A stretch of 24,276 nucleotides of DNA from a virus, in IMG/VR virus record IMGVR_UViG_3300045988_119278. One strand, given 5' to 3'. The notes under the pieces were generated by a model. The model had not been told where the DNA came from. It saw nothing but the letters and a program-made list of their open reading frames with translations, and searched no databases. The position numbers and the translations under genes are program-made. Below, in pieces: positions 15,142 to 24,220 of this stretch. Numbering within the stretch: the first letter of the stretch is position 1; each line of letters opens with the position of its first letter.

Positions 15142-18100
15142 TTAAACCATAACAAGGGACGTTCCCATTTGTTTCTTTTGTGCGGTCTGCTCCTTAGTAA
15201 TGCGTCTTGTAACCTTTGCTGTATCTATATAAACATCCATATTTTTGTCATCTACACTCTTGGAGATTTGGTTTCCAATAGCAAAGATAGCATTAATGAT
15301 ACTAGTATTAGCGTCTTCCATTGTCTCTCTCATAAGAGACTGCGGGGTTACTATTTCAGGGTTATTAGAAGCACCTGTGTATTCACCCATTAAACCTACT
15401 GTTGGGCTATTAAGAACACCGCCATTAGCAAAGGCTCTCATTTGTGGAATGTTAATATTTTTGGCTTGATTCTTTAAGTTAATCTTACTATTGGTGTTAA
15501 AGGTGTAAGTGTTCTTTTTCTTTTTATCCTTACCAAACAAATCATTGATAGCATTTCCAAGATTATTAATGCCCTCAATTAATCCATCAATAAAGCCCTC
15601 AAAAACACCGCTAATAGAATCAAGAATGCCTAAGACAATTTCTTTAATTCCCGTCCAAGCCTTTTCCCAATCGCCAGAGAAAACACCTGTTAAGAAGTCA
15701 ATTATGCCTGTCAAAACATCAGCAATTCCGCCTATGATAGAAGCAATCATTTCAATACCGCCAACTAATACACCAAGGACGGTAGAAATAACTACACCAA
15801 CAACCTTAATTATTTCTCCAAGAACAACTGATAACTTATCCCAAACGTCTTTTACTGTATCCCACAAATCAGAAAGAGACGGTTTGAGAGTGTTTTCCCA
15901 TAGCTCTTTAATTCTATCTACTAATGGTTTTAAATGCTCTTCCCATAACTCTTTTAATACGTTAATAATCTTATCAATAGTGGGTTTAAGATTGTTATTC
16001 CATAAATCCTAAATAGAATTTCTAAACTCTTCATTGGTATTCCAAAGATGAACCAACAAAGCAACAACCGTAGCAATAGCAACCGCAATCAAAGCAAACG
16101 GGTGAGCGCTAATAATAGCCCATAATCTGCTAAAGCCAGCGCCTACAGATTTAACGGTTGATTCTAATATCTAAAGTCCACCGCCAGAACTACCAATAGC
16201 AGTCATTGAAGCAGTCCATTCAACTCTCATAGCATCTAAGATAGATTTAAATGGAGTGAATAAGTGCGTATTGAGTGCGGTTTTGAATGGGGTAAAGAAT
16301 ATCATATCTAACTTTTCAAAAGCCAGTTTAAAGGGTTCAGTAATAAAGTAGCCTAAATCACCCTCTGAATTACCCTCTTTGATAATTTGTTTAAAACCTT
16401 TCCAAGCATTACCCGCCTAATCTGTGCCAGTGACAAATCCCATTAAACCATCTTGGATATTAAGAAATGCTTTTGCTGTGAGTGTTCCACCTGCTATTAA
16501 CAACAAATCAGTTATAATGCTCTTTAGCGTTTCAGGCTTCATAGTAATAAGGCTTGTAGCTATACCCTATAAAGCATCATTGATAATGGTTAAAGCAGTT
16601 GCTAAAACATTCCAAGTGATTCTTAATAAGTCTCCTATAATTGTGCTAATAGGTTCAACAATTTCACCTAATGTAGTTCCAAACTAAGCAATGTTATCTT
16701 TGTTGGTAATAAACCACTCTGACCATCCTTTGAATATTCCAGTAATCCAAGTAAGCATACTATCAGCAACGTCTCCAATAGCCTGAACCAAAGGACTTAA
16801 ACCAATATTATAGAAATTTTCTAAAGCAGGAACAACAGCACCAGTAATACTACTTGCTAACTCTGTAAAGGCTTCAACTAAACCTAAAATATCATTACCC
16901 AATCTACCAATATCTAAATCATTAGCAATATCAATTCCAATAGTGATAACGAATGAACCCCATCCAGCAATGGTATCAAGTAGATTCTTTCCTATGTTTT
17001 GTAAATTATTTTTAGCTTTCTCAGTATCAAAGTTAATCTCTAACTTGGGGATTGTGCTTTGCCACTTATTAAGTATTTCCTGACAATCTTTTACAAACTA
17101 TTCTAAGCGTGTTTTAACGCCCTCTGTTTGTGTCTCATCAACCTTAAAATCAGCAATGTTTCCTGCTCCAATGTCTGAGCCTGTATTACCAGAATCAGGC
17201 TTTTTTTCTTCCTCTTTTGGATTTAATACATTTAGTTCATCAAAACCCGCTATTGTTCTGGATAGCTTTTTAGCACTCTCATTAGCATCCCCCAAGCCCG
17301 CATCTAAATCACCTGCTGAACCTGCTGAATCTTTGATTGTGGTAGACATATTGTTTGTGGTCTTACCGCCAAACACCTTTGTAATAGCGTTTCCAATAGA
17401 GATAAGAGAAGCCAACATTTGATTCAAGGCTTTTACCATTGGGGTAAGTATTTTAATTAAACCGCTACCTAAAATGCCTAAAAACTGCGTCCATTGCTCT
17501 TTAAGTAAGCGGATTTGGTTAGCCCAACTACCTGACGTTCTGGCAAAGTCCCCTTGTGCGTTCTTAGTAGCATTGAGAACATAATTGTATCTTAGAGCAA
17601 CCTTTTCAGCCTGAGACATTGCTTGATAACTCTTTTTAATACCTTGTGATAAAGCAAATGCTTCTAAATTAGTTTCAGTAAGAACAATACCAAATTTCTT
17701 TAAGCTTTCTGTCTCTCCTGTAAATATTGAGTTTAATGCGGTTTGGGCTATATCCTATCCAACGTTGTAGAAAGATGCCATATCACCCGCCAGCGCAGTT
17801 AATTGAAGAGACATATTCTTTCCTGCTTCTTGTGCTATGTCCATACCGTTAGACATAGCCATAAAAGTAGATGCCATTCTCTTAGCAGTCAAAGCGCTCA
17901 TACCATAACTTCTAACAGCGGTATTGGCAAAAGCTTCAACCTCATCAGTCATAGAGCCAAATGACACATCTACTACATTTTGAACTTCCTCTAAATCAGA
18001 AGCCATATTGATAGCTTGCTTACTTAATAAGCCTAACTATCTTATAATCAGAGCAAATCCTACACCCTTAAACATATTCTTAAAAGAATTATTTATTTTC

Positions 18101-18219
18101 TTACAAGATTTGTCTGTTGTTTTCTCTAATTTTTGAAGTTGCTATTGCGTTTGGCTAATCTGCTTTTTCAATCCAGCGGTTTCCGCAGTAATAACAACTT
18201 TTAATTCTTCAACTGTCAA
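15142..18219 (-). CDS. Tail tape measure protein, 1025 aa, with 9 in-frame TAG
   Basis: Track ORFs 17755..18006, 17098..17619, 16684..16902 and 15142..15867 share one frame. I translated all gaps and found only TAG (18142, 18037, 17755, 17098, 16684, 16567, 16417, 16171, 16009). TMP core motif ..TGETESLKKFGIVLTETNLEAFALSQG..AEKVALRYNYVLNATKNAQGDFARTSGSWANQIRLL. TTG start follows GAGGGG. Stop is TAA. Confidence 0.9.
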
Positions 18220-18940
18220 TTTTTCACACCCCTCTATTTATTATGGGCTATGGCAAAGTCAATCATTTGTTCCTTGTAAATCATCCAACTCATATCCTCT
18301 TCTATTGGCTTTTCCTCTTGGAATTGAGTAGGATAAAGTTCATTGATATCAGGTATCTATTTGCCAGCCAAAGAACAGTTAACAAAACCGGCAATCATTG
18401 AAGCCAAATTATAGTTGCTTGCTAATATTTCCTTTGCCCTTATTTCTTCTTTCTCTTGGAATGTTTGAATAAGTAAGTTAATCTCACCTATTGTCATATT
18501 CCAATAGTCAAACAATGAAATTCCACACTTTAATGCTATGGGGAGTAGTTGTTGAAATAGTTCTGTGAGAGTATCAGGGGTTTTCTAATTACTCTCACTT
18601 GTTAGTTTTTTTCCTCTTCATCCTCAACTTTAAAAAATCCGCTCACTTTGAATACGTCCATAAGGATAGGAATTAAGTCCATCATTGTATTTCCATCATC
18701 AACAAACTTATCATATAACTCATAGGTCTTATCAATAGTCATACCGTGGTTGTATGCGGACAGGGATGCTTGAAAGATGCTAATAAGCACGCTCAAATCA
18801 GGAATTGAACCATCCTCAGCAATCTTAGCAAAGACGTTTAGAGGGTTAGTTCCAAGTTTCTTTTCTAAATCAACACAAGCCTTAGCATTAAGTCTTGCTT
18901 TGTAATCAGTTCCACCAATATTAATAACAGTATATAACAT
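18216..18940 (-). CDS. Tail assembly chaperone -1 frameshift product (gpGT-like), about 241 aa; the extension carries 3 in-frame TAG (18585, 18357, 18234)
   Basis: The -1 frame is open from 18617 to TGA at 18216-18218 apart from TAG, and that TGA overlaps the TMP TTG start. The extension reads ..LTSESN.KTPDTLTELFQQLLPIALKCGISLFDYWNMTIGEINLLIQ.. Confidence 0.65.
18602..18940 (-). CDS. Tail assembly chaperone (gpG-like), 112 aa
   Basis: Intact track ORF located between the major tail and tape measure genes. It ends ..FKVEDEEEKN with TAA directly after the slippery heptamer. Confidence 0.85.
   Translation of the reverse strand: MLYTVINIGGTDYKARLNAKACVDLEKKLGTNPLNVFAKIAEDGSIPDLSVLISIFQASLSAYNHGMTIDKTYELYDKFVDDGNTMMDLIPILMDVFKVSGFFKVEDEEEKN
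18605..18611 (-). promoter_or_regulatory. Slippery heptamer A_AAA_AAC for -1 programmed ribosomal frameshifting
   Basis: The zero frame is GAA AAA AAC TAA, giving an X_XXY_YYZ pattern immediately before the gpG stop. The window between the -1-frame TGA (18618-18620) and the zero-frame stop is only 13 nt. Confidence 0.65.
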
Positions 18941-18965
18941 AACAAAATCTCCTTTAAGTTTATAA

Positions 18966-18999
18966 TAAAAAAGAGGGGCTATTATATAAATAACCCCTC
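18966..18999 (-). terminator. Hairpin plus T-run after the major tail protein gene
   Basis: Minus strand reads GAGGGGTTAT-TTATATA-ATAGCCCCTC followed by TTTTTT. Confidence 0.7.
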
Positions 19000-19006
19000 A
19001 TTCCAA

Positions 19007-19426
19007 TCAAGTATTAGGATTGGTTACAGCAATATCACTATTGAGTGTGATATTTGCGGTAAAGGTAATAGCATTATTAACGCTTGCGCCATCAATAGAA
19101 GTAGTTACTTCGCCAGAGAAAGCAAACTCAGTGTTATCAGGGAAAGTAACTTTCCATTCAACAACTTTTCCTGCTTCTTCTAATCCACGGACAATGCGGT
19201 AATTGGAAGTAGCACCGCTATTGTCATAGAGGAACTTAAAAGCCAAATCGCCAAAATCCTTTACACCATTAATATACTTTTTATTGCCGTCTGCTAAAAC
19301 AGTTACGTCAACCTTTTCAGCAGTTCCGCCTAAATCTGGGCACTCTTGTAAATTGAGGATTTCCTCATAAGCAGAACCCTATTTCTTGTAAGATAGTTTA
19401 ATACCCTTGGTCAAAATGCCAGCCAT
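19007..19426 (-). CDS. Major tail protein (phi13/TP901-1-like), 139 aa, with 1 in-frame TAG (19379-19381)
   Basis: AAGGAG RBS and ATG at 19424-19426. Sequence is MAGILTKGIKLSYKK.GSAYEEILNLQECPDLGGTAEKVDVTVLADGNKKYINGVKDFGDLAFKF.. Stop is TGA. Confidence 0.88.
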
Positions 19427-19448
19427 AAAAAAATCTCCTTTTCAAAAA

Positions 19449-19790
19449 TCAATTTTCATAACCCATAGCTTGATAGCCTAAGATTAATTCTAATTGTTCT
19501 GCTCCATAAGATAACTCATTGTAAGAAGTTCTTTTGAACCCCTATTTGCGCATCACTTTATCAATCTTATCTAAGTATGGGGTTAAATCACCTAACCGCT
19601 TACCCCACAATTTAATGTTGTAAGATAATCGGCTATAAAGCAAAGTGTCTCCCTCCAAATCCGCATAATTACCTGCTTCAATGTAGGTAATACAAGGAGT
19701 AGGAGTTGAGCCATTAACAAATAACTCATAATAAACGGGCAAGCCCAATGTTTCCAAATTGCTTTTTAGAGTTGGTTTATAGTCAATCAC
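19449..19790 (-). CDS. Tail-completion / head-tail joining protein, 113 aa, with 1 in-frame TAG (19542-19544)
   Basis: GTG start in a GTGA overlap with the upstream stop, preceded by AAGGAG. Track ORF 19542..19790 continues in frame to TGA at 19449-19451. Confidence 0.7.
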
Positions 19791-20206
19791 TTTAACTTCA
19801 CTCCTTTTTTAATTTGCTCTTTAAACATCTTTTCTATTTTCCTGCGGTTTTCCTCTAAGGCAGGTTGTAAGTAAGGCTAAGGGTGTTGGCCTATGGTAGA
19901 GTGCCATTCACCTTTAGCATCTTTGTATTTCCATCTATCCTATCTACCATTTCCAAGAGAGGAATAAATACCTGTGCCAAACTCAACATAAGGAGCATAT
20001 TCAACATTAGTTCCTACAACTCCTACAAGTTCATCTGGATTATCTTCTATGTAATGGGTAATGGAGTTTCTTAAAAGCCCATTATCAACAGGACATTTTA
20101 TCTTTGCTTCATTCTCTACCAAAATACAAGCCTGCTCCATTGCCTAATTTACATTATCCAACTTTTCTAACTTACTTATTAATTTGTCTAAGTTTTCAAT
20201 AGCCAT
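19787..20206 (-). CDS. HK97 gp10-family head-tail protein, 139 aa, with 3 in-frame TAG (20144, 19940, 19877)
   Basis: Sequence ..AKIKCPVDNGLLRNSITHYIE..VGTNVEYAPYVEFGTG...HP.PYLQPALEEN matches the gp10-family signature. RBS AGAGGGTG. Stop is TGA. Confidence 0.85.
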
Positions 20207-20208
20207 TA

Positions 20209-20499
20209 TTACACCCTCTTCATTAAGATTTGGTGTAATCTTGAAGTAGGAATAACATACAGCACCTTATAAGTATCATTGCCAACTTGAACCTAATCTT
20301 TATCAGTAATCAAAGCATCCTTAGTAAGTCCAATAGTGGAAACATCCGTATATCTAACATCACTTGTATTGCTTTGCTGATAAAGCTTTACCACCATTTC
20401 TACTTCTCTTTTGGATTCACCCATAACAGGCTAACCATACTCATCTAATCCAGAAGTATAAGAAGTAATGATTGCGGTTTGCCACTCTCTATTAATCAT
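20209..20499 (-). CDS. Head closure / head-tail adaptor protein, 96 aa, with 2 in-frame TAG (20431, 20293)
   Basis: The ATG overlaps the upstream TGA. Sequence is MINREWQTAIITSYTSGLDEYG.PVMGES...VQVGNDTYKVLYVIPTSR. Stop is TAA. Confidence 0.8.
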
Positions 20500-20786
20500 A
20501 TGGTAATTAACTTTCTTTGCGATTTTAGGGCGCGCATAATACTTTCAGGGTAGTCAGTGGAATACCCAAAGCTAACTCCTGAGTATCCCTCTGAATCTAA
20601 CCCCTCTGTCCCTAACCTGTTATATTTATATACTACCATTGAAATAATGGTGGAACTCAAATTATCAATACTATCTTGGTGTGTATAATTTAATGCTTCT
20701 TCAATAGCCTATTCAATAAGTAATGTTAGTAAATCATCCTTAGTATCATCTTTAATACCTAATATCAACTTTAATTTATCTAACAT
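20496..20786 (-). CDS. gp6-like head-tail connector protein, 96 aa, with 1 in-frame TAG (20709-20711)
   Basis: AGGAGG RBS. Sequence is MLDKLKLILGIKDDTKDDLLTLLIE.AIEEALNYT...VVYKYNRLGTEGLDSEGYSGVSFGY. Stop is TGA. Confidence 0.85.
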
Positions 20787-20808
20787 TTACTTACCTCCTA
20801 TTAGTTAA

Positions 20809-21612
20809 TTAAGCCTGTGCTTCTTTAATGGAGCAAATCTTAGTAGCATCAGCAAGGGCTACAAGGTAAGTAGCACGCATATAAACGCTATTCTTTCTGG
20901 TATCAGGATTGCGGTCAGGCTCAACCTCAACATCTTTCTTGATGAAGAGTTTGACGGCTTCTTTGGTCATAACAAAGGCAGAATCAGTAAGAGCCTTAGT
21001 AGCAATAACGGGAATACCGCAAATAGTGCCAACCTATCCGTTGTAAATAACCTGTCCCATCATAGCACTCTTATAGTCTTCATCCTTGCGGAGAGATGCT
21101 TTCCAAGTGTTAGGAATGAGAATGAATAACTGGCTTTCGTCTTCAAGGTTGAGAGTGCTAATAGCATCAACAATGGTATCATAGTTAAGAGCGCCACCCT
21201 TAGCAAAAGTAACACCCAAAGTAACATCAGTGCTCTTAACAGCACTAATAAAGTCAGCGGTCATCTTGTTAGTCATTACCTGAACTGCGCCTCTCATCAT
21301 ACCATCAACAATAAAGGGGTCTTTCATTGCTTCCTCATCGGTATAATCATAAGCCTGTTGGCAGAGCTTTACACGGTAATCTTTACCAGTATAAGAGATA
21401 GAACCACGCTTAGAAGCGGTATTACCAACGCCATTAGCAAGTTCCTCAGCTTCACCCTTATAGGTGTAAGTATTAACAGTTTTAAGCATACCCGCGCTTT
21501 CTGCTAACTCATTATCAATAGTCATAAGAGAACGGGTATTAAGAGAGGTGGTAAGCAAGTCTTTTGCTACGCTCTCGACGATTTTATTATCAAATACAAC
21601 ATTAGTTGCCAT
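20809..21612 (-). CDS. Major capsid protein, 267 aa, with 1 in-frame TAG (21034-21036)
   Basis: AAGGAG RBS and ATG at 21610-21612 (MATNVVFDNK..). Track ORF 21034..21633 continues in frame through ..QVIYNG.VGTICGIPVIATKALTDSAFVMTKEAVKLFIKKDVEVEPDRNPDTRKNSVYMRATY.. to TAA at 20809. Confidence 0.9.
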
Positions 21613-21634
21613 AACGAAAAATCTCCTTTTCAAA

Positions 21635-22132
21635 TTAATTCACTAATTCAAAATGAAGTCCCTTTAAGGTTTTCTATCTTCCATTAATCATATGACTTAC
21701 AGCACTATAATCAACTCCAAGAGCCAAAGAAGCATCTCTGCCAGATTTATAAACAACTCCTGTTTCTACACATCTTATAGGTTTGCTTATCTTTTGAGAT
21801 GCCTTTTCATTCCGTGTGCCATAATTTATGTTATAACTGCGGGAACACCATTCTAAATTGTTTTCTTTATTATTATCTTTGTTTTCATCCTTATGGTTTA
21901 CACAAGGATAATTGTTTGGGTTTGGTATAAAATGAAGCGCAACCAATCTACTAACCTATTCTCTTTTTACTTTGCCATTAATAGCATACAAGCAAACAGT
22001 GTGATAGCCTTTTTGGTTTTTATGATGCTTCAAATATATTTGTCTTTTCTTGCTCCAAACCCTACCCATATTACTAATCTAATAGTTTGGGTATCCTTTA
22101 ATATCCATCCAGATTTCATTGTTCTCCAACAT
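21635..22132 (-). CDS. HNH homing endonuclease with a NUMOD4-like N-terminus, 165 aa, with 3 in-frame TAG (22081-22083, 21953-21955, 21674-21676)
   Basis: Sequence is MLENNEIWMDIKGYPNY[TAG]ISNMGRVWS...VSRLVALHFIPNPNNYPCVNHKDENKDNNKENNLEW...HMINGR[TAG]KTLKGLHFELVN. GGAGG RBS and TAA stop. It is inserted between the scaffold and capsid genes. Confidence 0.88.
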
Positions 22133-22146
22133 AAGTAACCTCCGTT

Positions 22147-22707
22147 TTAATTAAAAAGTTGAGAGTAAAGGTCAGGATTTTCATTAAGCAACTTTTGTCT
22201 TTCCATAATACCCATCTTCTTAGCCTGTTCCTTTGTAATGGTCTAATCAAGGGGTAAGTTCTTCTTTGGTGTGTTGCTACTCAAACGCTTTTCAACTTCT
22301 AATTTAACACTTTGTTTAAATGCCTTATCCAGTAGAGAGATGTTCTTATTCATAGTTTCAGCATCCTCAGCAACGACAAAATCAACTAAACTTAATGATA
22401 ATCCCTTTTCAGCAAGAATCTTTCCTGCTTCATTACGATTTTCAGCCAGAGCAAGGGCTTTTTCCTTTTCTACAATAGCCTTTTCTCTTTGCTCCAACTC
22501 ATATTGATATTTCTCTTGCTCATTCATTTGAGCCAGTCTTTGTGCTTCTTTTACCTTTTCCTGATTTTTAATCTCAGCTTTCTTTAATGCGGAACTCACA
22601 CGTCTATCAGTTTCCTTTTGTAAAAGAGCGTCAACTTCTTCCTATGTGTAGGATTTAGGTTCAGTGTTATTATTTTCTGCCCCTGTTACCTGCTTATTTT
22701 CTTCCAT
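22147..22707 (-). CDS. Scaffolding protein (DUF4355-like), 186 aa, with 2 in-frame TAG (22642, 22243)
   Basis: AGGAGG RBS. It has a charged coiled-coil core and the C-terminus ..TITKEQAKKMGIMERQKLLNENPDLYSQLFN. It lies immediately upstream of the capsid region. Stop is TAA. Confidence 0.8.
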
Positions 22708-22790
22708 AATATTAACCTCCTAAGTTTATGCCTTAAAGCATACCCTTTAATTAAAATATGAGTTTTATTTCTAACCATCAATTAAATATA

Positions 22791-22825
22791 AGAAAAGGGG
22801 TAGAGCGTTTTATTAACTCTGCCCC
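22791..22825 (-). terminator. Hairpin plus T-run after CDS 22873..23061
   Basis: Minus strand reads GGGGCAGAG-(11 nt)-CTCTACCCC followed by TTTTCTT. Confidence 0.65.
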
Positions 22826-22872
22826 AAATCTATTAACATTTTACAAAATTTTTTTAACTAAGTCCAATAGGA

Positions 22873-23061
22873 TTAGTCTGCTATTGGAACTTCAATGTAG
22901 TTATCAATACTATCATTAGAGCCAATGAATAAGGTTCTAACATAGAGGTGTTCTTGCTCTTCTTCCCCTTTTTCATTGGTGTGGCTTTTTGGTTCTCTCC
23001 AATCAAAAACTTTTCCTTTATCACTATCATATCTGATTAAATCAAAACTTTTTGCTTTCAT
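22873..23061 (-). CDS. Hypothetical 62-aa protein
   Basis: Intact track ORF with AAGGAG RBS and a TAA stop, followed by a terminator. Confidence 0.6.
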   Translation of the reverse strand: MKAKSFDLIRYDSDKGKVFDWREPKSHTNEKGEEEQEHLYVRTLFIGSNDSIDNYIEVPIAD

Positions 23062-23073
23062 ATAACATTCTCC

Positions 23074-24084
23074 TTATACAAATGATACAGTCCATCCTTT
23101 TGCGGTTGCTACTGCTATTTCTTCCTCAGTCATAGTGTTAATAGCTCCACCGTCAGTTTTAGCTCCTTGAGCGCCTTCAAATTTAATTGTATTAGTTCCT
23201 CCTGCTGTAGCTAAATAGGCACTTGTGTCAGGTAGTGAGTTAATAGTTTCTACAGCTGAAATGCGATTATAACGGGAATAATTTATATCCGAAGTCCAAC
23301 TATCAGGGTCATCTTTTAAAGCCTAATATGTAGCATCGTCTTTAATTTGCTTTGTTGATGAAAAACCATACTTGTCGGCATAAGAACCATAACCAACGGT
23401 TTTAGTTAAATCTATTATTTGGCTTTTCCACTCTACTACCTAATTAGGGTCAAAAGTTAAGCGCTTTAAACGCTAACACAGGTCAAAAGTAGAAACAAAC
23501 GCATTATAAGTCATTTTACCACTCATTATTGGAGCACCTAACCCAATGATTTCATCTAAAACATAACAAAAACGGAATCCATTAAAGTATATTAAATTAC
23601 GCTTACTACTATTTTCTAATTTAGTTAATTCTAATACTTCTGTAGGGATTTTTCTTAAATATTTAGCACTATAAAAGCAATTATCTAATCCAACTTGTTT
23701 AAATGAACCTGCTGGCGGTAATACAAAAACATTGTCTAAAGTCTAAATTTTTGAATTTTCAATAATATTATTCATACTTAAAGAGTAGTTATTTCCGACT
23801 GAATTTAAGTTTATTTTAAAGGGGATAGAAGTTAATTTTGAATTATAAAACATATAATTACAATAGCGGACTCTTTTTAATTGTATTTTATCTTTATACT
23901 TTGTTATAAACCAATCCCAAATACCATTATAATTAAAATAAGAAAAATTAAAATCAGTATAACCAGTGGTATTTCCAAAAGTCAATTCCTATTGAGTAGG
24001 AGCGGGCATATCACTTATTTCGTAGGCAACATTCTTACTTGCCACTTTCCATTCATTACCATCTTTATATTTCAGCACTGGCAT
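23074..24084 (-). CDS. BspA/DUF285-type leucine-rich-repeat protein (adhesin or receptor-binding candidate), 336 aa, with 5 in-frame TAG (23989, 23743, 23473, 23440, 23323)
   Basis: AAGGAGG RBS and ATG at 24082-24084. LRR-like units are ..RVRYCNYMFYNSKLTSIPFKINL.., ..NCFYSAKYLRKIP.. and ..TFDLC.RLKRLTF.. The C-terminus is ..MTEEEIAVATAKGWTVSFV. TAA stop at 23074. Confidence 0.75.
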
Positions 24085-24220
24085 TTGCTTCATCCTCCTT
24101 AATAGCAAGTATGTATTCTTCTTTTGTCATAGGATACATATTACCACTCACTTTTGGCTCAAAGGAGAAAGCAAAATAAGTTATGGTATTGTCATCATTT
24201 ATTTGTTTAAAATAATACAT
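24065..24220 (-). CDS. Hypothetical 51-aa protein. Its 5' end lies in the terminal overlap and is also seen at 1..63.
   Basis: GGAGG RBS and ATG at 24218-24220 (equivalent to 61-63). Sequence is MYYFKQINDDNTITYFAFSFEPKVSGNMYPMTKEEYILAIKEDEANASAEI. Stop is TAA. Confidence 0.5.
   Translation of the reverse strand: MYYFKQINDDNTITYFAFSFEPKVSGNMYPMTKEEYILAIKEDEANASAEI

Noticed and set aside
2285-18006. Fragmented terminase, portal, MuF, tape measure, Tal and other genes could indicate a decayed, pseudogenised prophage.
   Set aside because: Every interruption I checked is TAG. None is TAA or TGA, and the reading frame is always preserved. Conserved motifs continue on both sides of each TAG. Random decay would also produce frameshifts and the other stop codons.
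494-20499. TGA might also be reassigned (code 4 or 25).
   Set aside because: TGA terminates many CDS exactly at ATGA/GTGA/TTGA overlaps with the next start (for example 1659, 5561, 6061, 8065, 18216, 19787 and 20496). I found no in-frame TGA inside conserved domains.
21034-21633. Track start MKRRFFV for the capsid ORF, and the alternative-frame ORF 21060..21245.
   Set aside because: The upstream extension overlaps the AAGGAG RBS, so the ATG at 21610-21612 (MATNVV..) is the plausible start. ORF 21060..21245 is an out-of-frame Leu-rich shadow.
946-24102. Plus-strand ORFs in the track: 946..1170, 2998..3270, 4917..5102, 5441..5626, 8135..8323, 10105..10416, 13986..14171, 14873..15094, 15169..15393, 15245..15469, 15509..16012, 16424..16687, 17156..17422, 19020..19202, 19883..20074, 21893..22138, 22271..22507 and 23881..24102.
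   Set aside because: All lie antisense to well-supported minus-strand genes. They lack RBSs and have low-complexity or hydrophobic shadow-frame compositions.
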